From a virus, in IMG/VR virus record IMGVR_UViG_3300029951_000013, positions 24,896-88,895 of that record: a stretch of DNA of 64,000 bases; one strand, written 5' to 3'. A program made the translations under genes and the position numbers. Under the pieces are notes generated by a model, which was not told the DNA's origin, did no database searches, and was given only the letters and a program-made list of their open reading frames with translations. This document shows positions 10,401 to 19,310 of this stretch, one piece after another. Positions within the stretch are counted from its first letter, which is position 1. Every line of letters starts with the position of its first letter.

Positions 10401-11261
10401 GCCGCCGAACGCCTTGCTCAGCAGGATGGCCTGCTGGGACAGCGACAGGCCCGACTTGTCCAGGGCCGTCTTCAGCAGGCCGATGGTGCCGACCAGGCCC
10501 GCCGGGGAGCGCATCTCGTTGGCCAGCTGGAGGCCCGTCAGGCCGATCGTGGCCAGCTGCTTGGACGCGACGGAGGACGGGGCCGCCAGCAGGGACAGGC
10601 TCATCTTGAGCCTGGTGGCCGCGTCGGTGGCCGGGACGCCCTCGTCCGTCATCAGCGCGAGGGACGCGCCGATCTGGGACAGGCTCACGCCGAACGTCTT
10701 GGCGGCGGGCAGGATCCCGGTGCCGATGGCGGAGACGAAATCCGTCATCTTCATGTTGCCCGCGCCGATGATGGCGTTGACAGTCCCGGCAGCCATGGCG
10801 AAGGTCTGCGCCCCGGCGATGCCCGAACGCCAGGCCCCGGCCAGTGCGTTGGTCGTGGCCTCCAGGTTGCTGCCGCCGACCGCCGCCAGGTCGGACGCCT
10901 GCTTCAGGTCGACCATCGCCTGGGTGTTGTCCAGGCCCACGGACTTGAGGTGGTACAGCGCCTCGGCGAGCTGGTCGGGCCCCTGCTGGACGTCCTTCAT
11001 GCCGAGCACAGCGGTGGTCAGCGTCTTGACGTCCTTGGCGGACCCGCCTGCCTGGGTCTGGATCGTCTTCATGACGTTGTTGAAGGTGTTCGCCATCACC
11101 ACGGTGGTGGCCGCCGCGGCGCCGAGCGCCAGGACACCGACGGCCGCCCCGGCGGCGACTTTGCCGAACCCGCCCAGGGACTCCTCCGCGGCGGCGGTGT
11201 CGGCCGTCATGGTGATGTACCCCATGCCGAGCAGCGTGCCGCGCCCGATGCTAAGCGCCAC
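7482..11261 (-). CDS. Tape measure protein with C-terminal lytic transglycosylase domain
   Basis: 1259 aa, Ala/Gly-rich, TP901-type core, GPGTATSDSV motif, QESGWNPNAVNASSGAYGIPQAL. Confidence 0.95.
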   Translation of the reverse strand: MALSIGRGTLLGMGYITMTADTAAAEESLGGFGKVAAGAAVGVLALGAAAATTVVMANTFNNVMKTIQTQAGGSAKDVKTLTTAVLGMKDVQQGPDQLAEALYHLKSVGLDNTQAMVDLKQASDLAAVGGSNLEATTNALAGAWRSGIAGAQTFAMAAGTVNAIIGAGNMKMTDFVSAIGTGILPAAKTFGVSLSQIGASLALMTDEGVPATDAATRLKMSLSLLAAPSSVASKQLATIGLTGLQLANEMRSPAGLVGTIGLLKTALDKSGLSLSQQAILLSKAFGGGRSSSAILTMVNNYSTLQKKLVQIQSTSGNLAAAEAAQQATMSAQIKIFESNVQSAAISIGEKLIPVTTQFFSFVNESGLPLLARFTSDLSNLIPVSQLEQDTHVAEGFLNGFIGSLTQTKAKAAALVDPNTLFGTFSSNLAPKAPTNTDLSSAKAPVGLPLAGGLSGMPLTSTSIADQLGKSFGSQTQKILLDFATAAQDVGTAFTNLSVAATPVLLYLGGTGFQAIESIAGILANTLGPALVHLSQFIDTNKGAIDNFVELALIPLEVRLTALAVIKPIMAITSLAVSIVKFPFQQSALIWSGIQGGVAAVQGVMDTMYLRWLIISDSLSSGATKLRGTVSAAWTYLAGVVGGVGDSMFVLRGKLIAIAVWDGITTAVTNLGNTMLVLRGRLIGMAVWDGISTAVFNLGNSMVVLRGRLIAVSVWDGITTAVTNLADGTALAAVKTYLFDDSLLVLRGRLITMAVWDGIAGAVTAVADGTALAAVKTYLFNDSLLVLRVRLIGIAIWEGLAGAMTALADGTALAAAKTLVLAGAQGVATIATGALSIAQGALDVVLDANPIGLVVIALVALGVGFYEAWEHSQTFRSIVEDTFSGIETAAKFMWSKVLEPYFNFIIDLWLEVAEVIVKGAADAFGWVPGLGGKLKTAAAAINSFKNDVNASMGGIRNKTFTASVDFAAAANTGKKGLPGLAGGGPVRGPGTATSDSVVMLGSNGEHMWTAAEVQSAGGHGAVANMRGAAVAGTLPAFAAGGPVGGFDVRVARPTATQISAAVLSAVSQLAQTSASSLYAAMTTNSGGFSGTAVGPIQQFAQSLLAGHGWGSNQMGPLIKLWNQESGWNPNAVNASSGAYGIPQALGHGHPYALGDYKAQVAWGEDYIAQRYGSPAAAWSHEVADNWYDKGGWLMPGTTVAHNGTGKPERVVGPGESAGGGDTYNFHFHGPIGSQQELENWMISALQAAKQKGRLRSLTGP
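8800..9325 (-). repeat. Tandem coding repeats in tape measure (about 27-aa then 41-aa units)
   Basis: LRGRLI..VWDGI..AV recurs six times at about 81-bp and 123-bp spacing. Confidence 0.8.
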
Positions 11262-11609
11262 CCGGGGTCACCCCCATCGCGCTCAGGAAGCTGGACGAGG
11301 CCTCTTCCTCATCGGTCCACCAGCCGGGGGCCCGTGGATCGCGGGTACTCTCGCGCTGGTCCTGTACGCGGTCCACGCGCCAGACGTCCACCAGGAGGTC
11401 GTTGTCGAGGGCCCGCTGAGCGTCCTGCACGGTCCCTCCCTCCGCCGCCGACTGCCCTTCGTAGAGCGTGTAGTAGACGAGGTTCAGGAACTGGTCGAGG
11501 GGGAGTTCGCGGAGATCGATACCCCTCCCTGCGTACTTTCCGTCGAGAAGGTGCCAGACTCCAGGCCTGACTGCCCATCCGGCGAGTTGTCGGATGGCTG
11601 CGTAGGGCG
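11251..11609 (-). CDS. Tail assembly chaperone, frameshift-extended (gpT-like) part
   Basis: -1 frame ORF overlapping the chaperone and ending at the tape measure start. Confidence 0.75.
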
Positions 11610-11924
11610 CAGCCCGTACTCTCCAAACAGCCACATGGCTATGTCGTTGAGCTGGCCCAGGTCGACCGGCCGGTCGTTGTCGCCCAGCCGCTCATCAAAC
11701 CGGACGTACGACTCCTTCTGGAGGCAAAGCTGCATGACCTCGCGGCACGCCTCGTATTGGGCCTCGACACCGCCCGCGCTCTGGGCGGACAGGATCGCCG
11801 TGTTGACCTTGGTCACATAGCCGATCAGGGTCTTGGCGGCCATGCCCGGATAGGCGTGGAAGGTCTCACCCTCCAGCGTGAAGGAGATGTCATCGCGGGT
11901 CCTGCTGAAATCCTTGGTCGGCAT
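11484..11924 (-). CDS. Tail assembly chaperone (gpG-like)
   Basis: Upstream of tape measure; ends YGLRPT followed by a Ser-rich tail. Confidence 0.8.
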   Translation of the reverse strand: MPTKDFSRTRDDISFTLEGETFHAYPGMAAKTLIGYVTKVNTAILSAQSAGGVEAQYEACREVMQLCLQKESYVRFDERLGDNDRPVDLGQLNDIAMWLFGEYGLRPTQPSDNSPDGQSGLESGTFSTESTQGGVSISANSPSTSS

Positions 11925-11961
11925 GCGTTCACGGTAGAGCTGCGAATTCCATGATCGTTCC

Positions 11962-12345
11962 CTAGAGGTCGACTTCCTCCATCGCCCTGGTCAGGAACGG
12001 GTTGGCCTTGGTCCCCGGGTGGTGTACGACGGGTCCGAAGACCTGGCCGCTCGACACGTTCCTCAGCGGCCAGGAGCCCTTGCTGCGGATGATGTGCGGC
12101 CGGGTCCCCTCGTTGACGAACACCGTGGCCGGGTGGGTGCTGCGGATCACCACGGTGGTGCCGAGGATGTTGCCGGTGTAGTCCGAGCTGATGCCCTTGC
12201 GCATGCCCTCTGGGGCCAGTTCCTTGGCCCGCTTGGCGACGGCCTGGCCGCGCAGGATCATCCGGCGGCCGACGGCCCCGGTGGGGCTGCGGAGCATCCG
12301 GCGGATGGCGATCTGGTCCATCTCGATGCGGATGTGCTCAGCCAC
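11962..12345 (-). CDS. Neck/tail completion protein (HK97 gp10-like)
   Basis: VFVNEGTRPHII, VHHPGTKANPFL. Confidence 0.8.
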   Translation of the reverse strand: MAEHIRIEMDQIAIRRMLRSPTGAVGRRMILRGQAVAKRAKELAPEGMRKGISSDYTGNILGTTVVIRSTHPATVFVNEGTRPHIIRSKGSWPLRNVSSGQVFGPVVHHPGTKANPFLTRAMEEVDL

Positions 12346-12853
12346 GGGGCATCCCCACCAGGAAGCGCAGTTCCGTGCCGACGCAGCCGCCCTCGGGCCC
12401 CATGGTGGCCTGCTGGTCGATCACGTAGTCGATGAGGTCGTTGTCGCCCTTCTCCTGGCACAGGAACGCTGCCGAGGTGGTCAGCACAGTCCAGGCGTCC
12501 CCGAGGAGAGTCTGAGCAGCCGTCGTCATGGCCTGCTCAGTGGGGTAGATCGTGGTGTTGTTCTGCGGTACCGGGGCGCAGCGGATGATCTGCACCACGT
12601 ATTCCGCCACCTCCCAGGCTGGCTGGCAGCTGCCGACGACCTCGGTCTGCTGCTCGGGGAAGCGGTCGGAGAGGTAGATCCGGTCGACACTGATGGCCAG
12701 CATGCCGCAGTCGCAGGCGTCCCACGGGATCGACCCGGGCACCATGCAGGCCCTCTGGACCGCGACCGGCAGCGCCGCCTGAATCAGGGTCAGCAACGCG
12801 GTACCCAGGTCGAAGAACTTGATGGCGCCGGTCTCCGGCGCGGTGGTGGTCAC
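12338..12853 (-). CDS. Putative tail terminator
   Basis: Synteny; WDACDCGML, IIRCAP, GPEGGCVG. Confidence 0.65.
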   Translation of the reverse strand: MTTTAPETGAIKFFDLGTALLTLIQAALPVAVQRACMVPGSIPWDACDCGMLAISVDRIYLSDRFPEQQTEVVGSCQPAWEVAEYVVQIIRCAPVPQNNTTIYPTEQAMTTAAQTLLGDAWTVLTTSAAFLCQEKGDNDLIDYVIDQQATMGPEGGCVGTELRFLVGMPRG

Positions 12854-13080
12854 GGTGTTCCCGTGGATCCGCTGAGTACCTCGGCGGCCAGCTTGTCGAT
12901 CACCGCGTTGCTCAGGCCCTTGCAGGCGGCGGGCTCGGTTCCGGTGACGCCCTGCTCCCCGGCCTTGAGTTCCTGGACCAGTGCCGCCTTGCAGGCGGAC
13001 TGGCTGGGTGCCGGGCTGCTGCCGCAGGCAGCCAGCAGCGGTAGAACGGCGATGACGAGGAGCAGAGCAGCGCGCTTCAT
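12850..13080 (-). CDS. Small lipoprotein
   Basis: GGAGG RBS; MKR, hydrophobic stretch, LAAC lipobox. Confidence 0.8.
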   Translation of the reverse strand: MKRAALLLVIAVLPLLAACGSSPAPSQSACKAALVQELKAGEQGVTGTEPAACKGLSNAVIDKLAAEVLSGSTGTP

Positions 13081-13138
13081 CCGTGCCTCCGGGAGTGGGT
13101 GACGGTCCGGGAGGGCCAGTGTCGCAGCCGGGTCCATT

Positions 13139-13948
13139 TCACGTCCCGGTCCTCCGCACGCGTGGCCGGTCCACGCTGTAGACCCGGGCCCGGCTCTGGA
13201 GCATGTTCGGGTTCTCGGAGGCCAGGAACAGGTCGCACAGGTACAGCCCGGTCCGGCCTTCGTTGATGATCGAGTTGATGTCCGGGAAGGTCATCGTCAC
13301 ACCCTGGCGAGCGAGGTTGGTCACCGTGGTCGGCAGGTGGCAGTCCCCGTCGCCGGTGATGGCGGCGATGATCTCGCAGGCGAGCTGGCCGACCGCCAGT
13401 TGACCGCTGACCGGGACGGCCAGGCCGTAGTCGGCGGTGACCGACCAGGTGCCCGGCTGGCTGTCGGCCAGCGCCAAGTTGTTGCACCGGGGCCAGTGCC
13501 CGCCGTCGGTGCGGACCACGATCCGGTTGTTATCGAGCCGGTAGGCGGAGGAGTCCAGGACCGCCCCGTCCACCAGGATCTGGGTGATGTCGGCGACCTC
13601 GGCCGGAAGGTAGAACTCCGGGACGAAGGCACAGGAGCAGCTGTCCCCGCAGGACCCGCAGCCCATGGGGAACCAGTAGGAGAAGTCCCAGGCGGCGGTG
13701 GCCAATGGTGCCCCGTAGGAGGCCCAGGGCACCGCGTACGCCCCGCCGTCGCCGGGGCCGCCGTCGTAGTCCTCGCGGCGGCACGGCCGCAGCGTCACCG
13801 AGCAGGTGCCGAACCGGCGCCCCGACAGCGACCACAGGATTCGTGTCGCGCTCTGCACGGCGTAGCCGGTCACAGTCGGGGAGGCCGTGGAGACGTCGCA
13901 CGACCAGTACACGGGCCACGGTGAGCAGGGCCCTGCGTCCAAGGTCAT
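13139..13948 (-). CDS. Head-to-tail adaptor
   Basis: LWSLSGRRFGTCSVTLRPC, LACE, ARQGVT, GRTGL; position in the head-tail module. Confidence 0.75.
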   Translation of the reverse strand: MTLDAGPCSPWPVYWSCDVSTASPTVTGYAVQSATRILWSLSGRRFGTCSVTLRPCRREDYDGGPGDGGAYAVPWASYGAPLATAAWDFSYWFPMGCGSCGDSCSCAFVPEFYLPAEVADITQILVDGAVLDSSAYRLDNNRIVVRTDGGHWPRCNNLALADSQPGTWSVTADYGLAVPVSGQLAVGQLACEIIAAITGDGDCHLPTTVTNLARQGVTMTFPDINSIINEGRTGLYLCDLFLASENPNMLQSRARVYSVDRPRVRRTGT

Positions 13949-13964
13949 GGCCTGGCTCCTCTCA

Positions 13965-15860
13965 TCACGCCGCCATCAGGGCGAACAGGCTCTGGGTGAT
14001 CCGACGGGCCAGGTAGGCGTGCCCGGCGTCGTTCGGGTGGACGTTGTCGGTCGCGTTCACGTAGGTCGAGGCGTTCGCGGCGGTGATCCAGGGCCCGCTG
14101 GTGAACACCTGGGCCCCGGCGGCGTTGTAGACGTTCCCGGTGATCGGGCTGACGAACGGCAGCCCGGCCGCCAGCGCCGCAGCCTGGAGGGTGCTGTCCG
14201 TGGCGGTGACCGAGGGCGCCGCGGTGCCGCTGGGCGACCAGCAGCCGAACACGGTGACCGCCGCGTTCGGGGCCGCCGCCTTCAGGTCGGTGTAGACCTG
14301 CGCGGCGGCTGCGGAGATGGCCGGCTGGCTGCCGGTGTTGTCGTTGTAGCCGCCCCAGACGATCAGCCGGTCGAAGGCGTAAGGTGCGATGTCCTGGGCT
14401 ATGCGCACGTCGAAGACCGCGTACGCGCCCGGCGTGATGTAGCCGGTTCCGCCGCGCGCCTGGTCCCAGACGTCGGTGCAGCCGAGCAGCCGGGCCGCCC
14501 GCAGCAGCCAGGTGCCGCTGCCCGCACCGGTGTTGTAGGCGGAGCCGTCGGTGATGGAGTCGCCCAGGACGCCGAGACGGCCGCCGAGCGAGGCGACCTG
14601 CCAGGCGGTGCCGGTAGCGCCCAGGAACAGACCGCCGAACGGCATCGACAGGAAATCGAACCGGATCCGGCGCGGCGCGGCCGACCCGAGGTCGAACTTG
14701 AGGGTGTACCGGCTGCCCGCGGTCACCGCGCCGGTGGCCTGCATGAGGTCGGTGACCTTGCGCCCGTCGATGGACAGCCGGTACATGGTGGCGCTGCTGA
14801 TGTACTTGAACAGGATCTCGACCAGCTGCGCGTCGGTGGCGAACTCGACCGACCAGACAGCCTGGCCGGAAGCGTACGTGTTCGGGTACTTGCTCAGCGG
14901 CAGGTACATCGTGGTGTCGGGGAACGCCGCCCCGAAGGCGAAGTCGCCGGCACCCAGGTAGGTGAAGGGCCCGGTGTTCGGCGCCATCAAGGCCTGGGCG
15001 CCGCTGATCGTACTGGTGGACCCGAGGGTGGTCGTGATGACCGGAGCGGTCCCGGCGTACAGCGAGTCAGCCGTCACCTGGTCGGGCAGGTCACGGCGGC
15101 GCCAGGCCGTCGTGCCCACGTACCGGGCGTCCGAGGTGGCCGGATAGTCCACCAGGGAGGTGAGCGACGGGCGCACCTCGCGCAGGAAGGACGTGCCGTT
15201 GCCGACCAGCTCCATGCTGCCGTACTGGTGGGTGAGCGAAGGGTTCACCGTGCCGTCGACCGTGCCGACCACGCTGACCGCGTTGGCGGTGCTGTCCATC
15301 TTCTTGACGGTCAGCCGGATGCCCGCCGCGGGCGCGGGGAGGACGACGGCCACCGGCTGGGATGCGGCGCTGACCTCCAGCACCTGCCATGCGGACCCGG
15401 TGACGGTCGGCGTGCTGGCCGACACCACGGTGGAGACGGGGGTGCCGTCCAGGTTGGCCAGCGCCGCAGCGGGGTTGCCGACGTCGGACAGGTCGTTGGC
15501 GGCTGCGAGGTACACCGTGGGGGCAGGCACGTTGAAGGGGTCCTCCGTGTACTGGACCTGGAAGTTGATCGGCACGCTGGTGATCCGGTTGGTGCCGTTG
15601 TCGGCCCAGAAGTACGCGGTGTACCGGCCTTGGGTGGAGAACTCCCCGCCGGCCCAGGTGTATGTCACCTGGCCCTCGGGACCGCTGGTGACCTCTGCCG
15701 TGCCACTGAAGGGCGGCCCGTCGTGCTCCTGGCAGGTGAACGCGGCGGAGTAGCCCTCGGACAGGTCGATCGGGACCCCGGTGCTGTCCAGGAAGGAATA
15801 GACCAGCGGAGGCGGCACGTCGCCCAGTGCGTAGGTGCCCAGAGCAACCGATGCTGTCAT
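13965..15860 (-). CDS. Virion-type protein with BppU-like N-terminus and C-terminal SGNH/GDSL hydrolase
   Basis: ATGA-coupled start at 15860; blocks LGDSIT, GGTGY, GGYND, DNVHPN. Confidence 0.85.
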   Translation of the reverse strand: MTASVALGTYALGDVPPPLVYSFLDSTGVPIDLSEGYSAAFTCQEHDGPPFSGTAEVTSGPEGQVTYTWAGGEFSTQGRYTAYFWADNGTNRITSVPINFQVQYTEDPFNVPAPTVYLAAANDLSDVGNPAAALANLDGTPVSTVVSASTPTVTGSAWQVLEVSAASQPVAVVLPAPAAGIRLTVKKMDSTANAVSVVGTVDGTVNPSLTHQYGSMELVGNGTSFLREVRPSLTSLVDYPATSDARYVGTTAWRRRDLPDQVTADSLYAGTAPVITTTLGSTSTISGAQALMAPNTGPFTYLGAGDFAFGAAFPDTTMYLPLSKYPNTYASGQAVWSVEFATDAQLVEILFKYISSATMYRLSIDGRKVTDLMQATGAVTAGSRYTLKFDLGSAAPRRIRFDFLSMPFGGLFLGATGTAWQVASLGGRLGVLGDSITDGSAYNTGAGSGTWLLRAARLLGCTDVWDQARGGTGYITPGAYAVFDVRIAQDIAPYAFDRLIVWGGYNDNTGSQPAISAAAAQVYTDLKAAAPNAAVTVFGCWSPSGTAAPSVTATDSTLQAAALAAGLPFVSPITGNVYNAAGAQVFTSGPWITAANASTYVNATDNVHPNDAGHAYLARRITQSLFALMAA

Positions 15861-17779
15861 GGCTCGTTCCCCGCGATCGTCGTGGACGGCTCCCTGCCCG
15901 AGACGGCCGTGACGGGCTCCCGGCCCTGGACTCTGGTCCGTGCCGCTGTGACGGGCCATCTCGACAGGACGCCGAAGGCTGTGCCGGAAACCGCCGCTGC
16001 CAGGGCCGTTCCCACGATAGCCGTGCTCGAAGGCGCGCTCGTCCCGACCGCTGAACTGGTGCTCGGGAGCACGGTCACGCCGGACAGCCCCGTGAGAGCG
16101 GTGCCCTGCGCCTGCGCCGTCCCGGCCACCGCCACCGAGGCCGACCCCGCGGTGGGCAGGTACGCCGTGCCAGTGGCCGTAGCCGTGGAAGCCGTGGCGC
16201 CGGTGGACATCCCAGGGGCGTACGCCGTGCCGGTTGCTGCGGCGGGACCCGGCTGGACAGAAGTCCCCGGCGCGGGCTGCCCGGCAGCCCCGGTCACTGC
16301 CGCTGATCCGGCCAAGGCACCCAGCGCGACCGCAGCCGGGTAGGCGGCGCCCAAGACTCCGGCTGTGCCGGCAAGGACACTCGGAGCAGCGGCACCCGGA
16401 CAGGCCGTGCCGGTCACCGCTGCCGCCGTGGCGAGGGCACCCAGGGCGACCGTGCTCGAGTAGGCCGCACCGGCCGCAGTGGCGGTTCCCGCAGTTCCCG
16501 TGGCCGAGACGGAAGCTGCGGCCACCGCCGCGTAGGCCGTGCCGGTGGCCGCAGCCGTCTCCGCCGTGGCCGTGCCGGGGACGGAGGCGCTGCCGGTCGC
16601 GGGATAGGCCGTGCCGGTGGCCGCGGCCGATCCAGCGGAGACGGCCAGGGCTGCGGCCACCGGCACGCCGGTCCCGGTTGCACCCGCGGATCCGGCAGGG
16701 ACGGCCAGGGCAGGGCTCGGCTGCAAGGCGGTACCGGTGGCCGCACCGGTCCCGGCGGAGACGGTCACCGCGGTTCCCGGCGGCCAACCGGTACCGGTGC
16801 CGGCCGCCGACCCGGCGGAGACCGCCAGCCCGGCGGCCGGTGCGGAGCCTGTCCCTGTCGCAGCAGCGGACCCCGCGGAGGCCGTCAGTGCCGCAGTGGT
16901 GGCCAGGCTCACTCCGACGGCCTGGGCTACCCCCGCGAGCCCGGTGACGGGCGTCGAGGTTCCGGCGGAGACGGTGTAGGCCGTGCCTGTGGCAGGGGCA
17001 GATCCGGCGGAGACCTGCACGCCACTGTTCGGCGCCAGGCCCGTGCCGGTGGCCGCCGCAGACACGGCAGAGGCGGCCAGTCCGGTGCTCGGCGCGAGGC
17101 CGGTCCCCGTGGCAGCTGCGGATCCGGCGGAGACCGCCAGACCCAGGGGCGAGATCACGATCGCGGCCATGACGGCGTCCGCCAAGGACTGGGACGCGGT
17201 GGACGTCCAGGTGGCGCTGCCCACCGGCGCCGCGCCGCTGGTGTCGAAGACGGCGATGCTCGCGTCCGCCGAGCCGGTGTTGCCGGTGGCGGCGCGCGAG
17301 GCGGTGCCGACCGGCACGGTCCAGGTGGAGGTGATGGTGGACGCGCGGTCGGCGAAGATCTGGACGACCCAGTCACCCGTCCCGATACTGGTGACCGAGG
17401 GAGTGGTGTGCGTGGTCGAGGCCCCGGACTGCGCAACGGCCGCTGAGGCCTCGACCGGCGCGGAGGTCGAGGTCCCCGAGTAGGCGAGGCAGGCCAGGAG
17501 CAGTTTGGAGACGGGCGAGATCGTCCAGGTGTAGGAGGACGGCTCGGAGGCGGCGATCCGGTAGAACGCATCGACGGTGCAGTTCACGGCCGTGACCGGG
17601 AAGTTGGGGATGCGTGTCCAGCCGGAGGCGACGGTGACCGCCGAACCGGCGGTGTTGAGGACGGCCACCGTCAGCAGCAGGTTCCCGTTGGCGGTGCCCG
17701 ACGGCACGGCGACAGCCAGGGAGGAGGTGGTGTTGGCAACGGCGACGTCGGCGTTTACCGGGGCGATCGTCACGGCCAC
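15857..17779 (-). CDS. Ala/Thr/Gly-rich repeat fibre-like structural protein
   Basis: N-terminal ~210-aa beta domain, then many degenerate VSAGSAAATGT repeats. Confidence 0.75.
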   Translation of the reverse strand: MAVTIAPVNADVAVANTTSSLAVAVPSGTANGNLLLTVAVLNTAGSAVTVASGWTRIPNFPVTAVNCTVDAFYRIAASEPSSYTWTISPVSKLLLACLAYSGTSTSAPVEASAAVAQSGASTTHTTPSVTSIGTGDWVVQIFADRASTITSTWTVPVGTASRAATGNTGSADASIAVFDTSGAAPVGSATWTSTASQSLADAVMAAIVISPLGLAVSAGSAAATGTGLAPSTGLAASAVSAAATGTGLAPNSGVQVSAGSAPATGTAYTVSAGTSTPVTGLAGVAQAVGVSLATTAALTASAGSAAATGTGSAPAAGLAVSAGSAAGTGTGWPPGTAVTVSAGTGAATGTALQPSPALAVPAGSAGATGTGVPVAAALAVSAGSAAATGTAYPATGSASVPGTATAETAAATGTAYAAVAAASVSATGTAGTATAAGAAYSSTVALGALATAAAVTGTACPGAAAPSVLAGTAGVLGAAYPAAVALGALAGSAAVTGAAGQPAPGTSVQPGPAAATGTAYAPGMSTGATASTATATGTAYLPTAGSASVAVAGTAQAQGTALTGLSGVTVLPSTSSAVGTSAPSSTAIVGTALAAAVSGTAFGVLSRWPVTAARTRVQGREPVTAVSGREPSTTIAGNEP

Positions 17780-17797
17780 CTCCGATCAGGGAACGGA

Positions 17798-18289
17798 TCA
17801 GACCGTGAAGGTGAAGATCCCGGATCCGCTGAAGTTCAGGGAGAAGGTCCCTGAGGTGACGGACTGCGCCCCGCCGAAGTAGTTGAAGCAGACGCCCTGC
17901 TTGGCCACGGTGCCGCCGGTGATGGCGGAGTCGTAGACCAGGGTCCCGTAGATGTTGGCCATGGTGCAGGTGGCCGAACCAGCGATGTTCGAAGCCGAGT
18001 AGGTGACCGTGCCCGCGCTGCCCGCCACAGCGCCGCCGCTCAGGGCGACGCCTCCGGCGACCCACTGGGTACCGTTGGCCACCTCGTTGGCGGTGACCCA
18101 TTGGCCGGTGTTGTAGCCGCTCAACGCTGCGGCCACGGTCCGGTCCGGCGTGCCGGTGTTGTTGAACAGGGCGGCCTTGACCGTGTCGGCGACCAGGCCG
18201 GCGTAGCTGGTCGGCATGCTGGCGGTGTTAGCCAGCATGGGGTTGACCACCCAGGCCTGGAAGATGTTGCTGGAGGACCATCCGGACAT
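17798..18289 (-). CDS. Structural protein (fibre-associated hypothetical)
   Basis: DTVKAALF, TSGTFSLNFSGSGIFT; within the virion operon. Confidence 0.7.
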   Translation of the reverse strand: MSGWSSSNIFQAWVVNPMLANTASMPTSYAGLVADTVKAALFNNTGTPDRTVAAALSGYNTGQWVTANEVANGTQWVAGGVALSGGAVAGSAGTVTYSASNIAGSATCTMANIYGTLVYDSAITGGTVAKQGVCFNYFGGAQSVTSGTFSLNFSGSGIFTFTV

Positions 18290-18290
18290 C

Positions 18291-18599
18291 TCAGGCCACC
18301 GTCCCTTGTGCCGTCGGCACGTTCACCATCACGTCGTTGCTGCCGTCCGGCCGCTCAGTGACGACGGCCATGACCGGACGCCCCTCGCCGTCGAAATGGA
18401 CCAGCTCACTGCCCACGTAGTCCTCGCGCTCCACCGCGATGACGCGGCCCAGGAAGCCGTCCAGGACCATCGGCGCGAGCAGCCCTCGCAGGCCGCCGCA
18501 GTTGTGGTAGCGGTTCGGCTTCCCGGCCGTCACCGCGGTCGTGGTGCAGTTCGGGCAGGTCCAGTGCTGCTCCGGAGGCTGGAGGATCACGGCACTCAC
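18291..18599 (-). CDS. Zinc-ribbon hypothetical protein
   Basis: WTCPNC, HNC. Confidence 0.65.
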   Translation of the reverse strand: MSAVILQPPEQHWTCPNCTTTAVTAGKPNRYHNCGGLRGLLAPMVLDGFLGRVIAVEREDYVGSELVHFDGEGRPVMAVVTERPDGSNDVMVNVPTAQGTVA

Positions 18600-18608
18600 T
18601 GCGGCCCC

Positions 18609-19301
18609 CTACAGGTAGAGCGGGTTGCAGGCGGGCGCGGGCGGCGCGACCGAGGTGATGCTCCAGTACCAGTGGTCGGCGGCCTGGGCGGCGAAGCCCG
18701 GCGGCAGGTAACTGGTACTGCTCTGGTTCGAGGGCTTGCCCCAGCCCACCGTGGGTGCCAGGGACACCGCCCGGGTCTCCGCCGTGATCGTCAGCGTCGA
18801 CTTGTCGTTCAAGATCGTGTAGGCCCCGAGCTGGGCGGCGCCGACGTTGGGCCACGCGTTGTAGATGTACTGCTGGGCGCCGTTGATGTCGCAGGAGTAC
18901 TGGCCGGCGATCCTCTGCCAGACCTCCAGGGACCAGCGGTTGGTCATCTGGCCCTCCTGCCCGGCGAAGCCGTAGCCGGTGGCACCGTTGCTGGAGGTCA
19001 GCTCGCGCATGGAGGCCATCCAGGAGGCACCGGTCTGGTTCGTCTCGCAGAAGTCCATGACCAGCTCGTAGCGCTTGAGGACCGCGTCGTCTATCTGGTT
19101 GACGCAGGGCGTGCCGTCGGCGGTGACCTCGAAGAACTCGACCCCGGCCTGGTACTGCGGGGTCATCGCCACCTGGACGAAGCCCTTGGAGGTGATCACG
19201 TTCCCGCCGGTGCCCGTGATCGGGTTGCCGCAGGTATCGAGCGCGATCATTCGGTAGACGGTGCCCTTGATCGGGACTACACAGCTAGCTGTGGCTGACA
19301 T
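18609..19301 (-). CDS. Major tail protein
   Basis: PIKGTVYRMIALDTCG, TADGTPCV, WSLEVW; follows the capsid genes. Confidence 0.8.
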   Translation of the reverse strand: MSATASCVVPIKGTVYRMIALDTCGNPITGTGGNVITSKGFVQVAMTPQYQAGVEFFEVTADGTPCVNQIDDAVLKRYELVMDFCETNQTGASWMASMRELTSSNGATGYGFAGQEGQMTNRWSLEVWQRIAGQYSCDINGAQQYIYNAWPNVGAAQLGAYTILNDKSTLTITAETRAVSLAPTVGWGKPSNQSSTSYLPPGFAAQAADHWYWSITSVAPPAPACNPLYL

Positions 19302-19310
19302 CTTCACCCC

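Noticed and set aside
15861-16787. N-terminal extensions in track ORFs 13965..16787, 48281..50608, 32022..33464, 25730..27826 and 37155..38036
   Set aside because: Arg/Gly/His-rich off-frame translations overlapping real genes; coupled starts or RBS positions define shorter CDSs
15960-17140. Non-coding tandem repeat or array
   Set aside because: Variation falls at synonymous positions of the VSAGSAAATGT protein repeat
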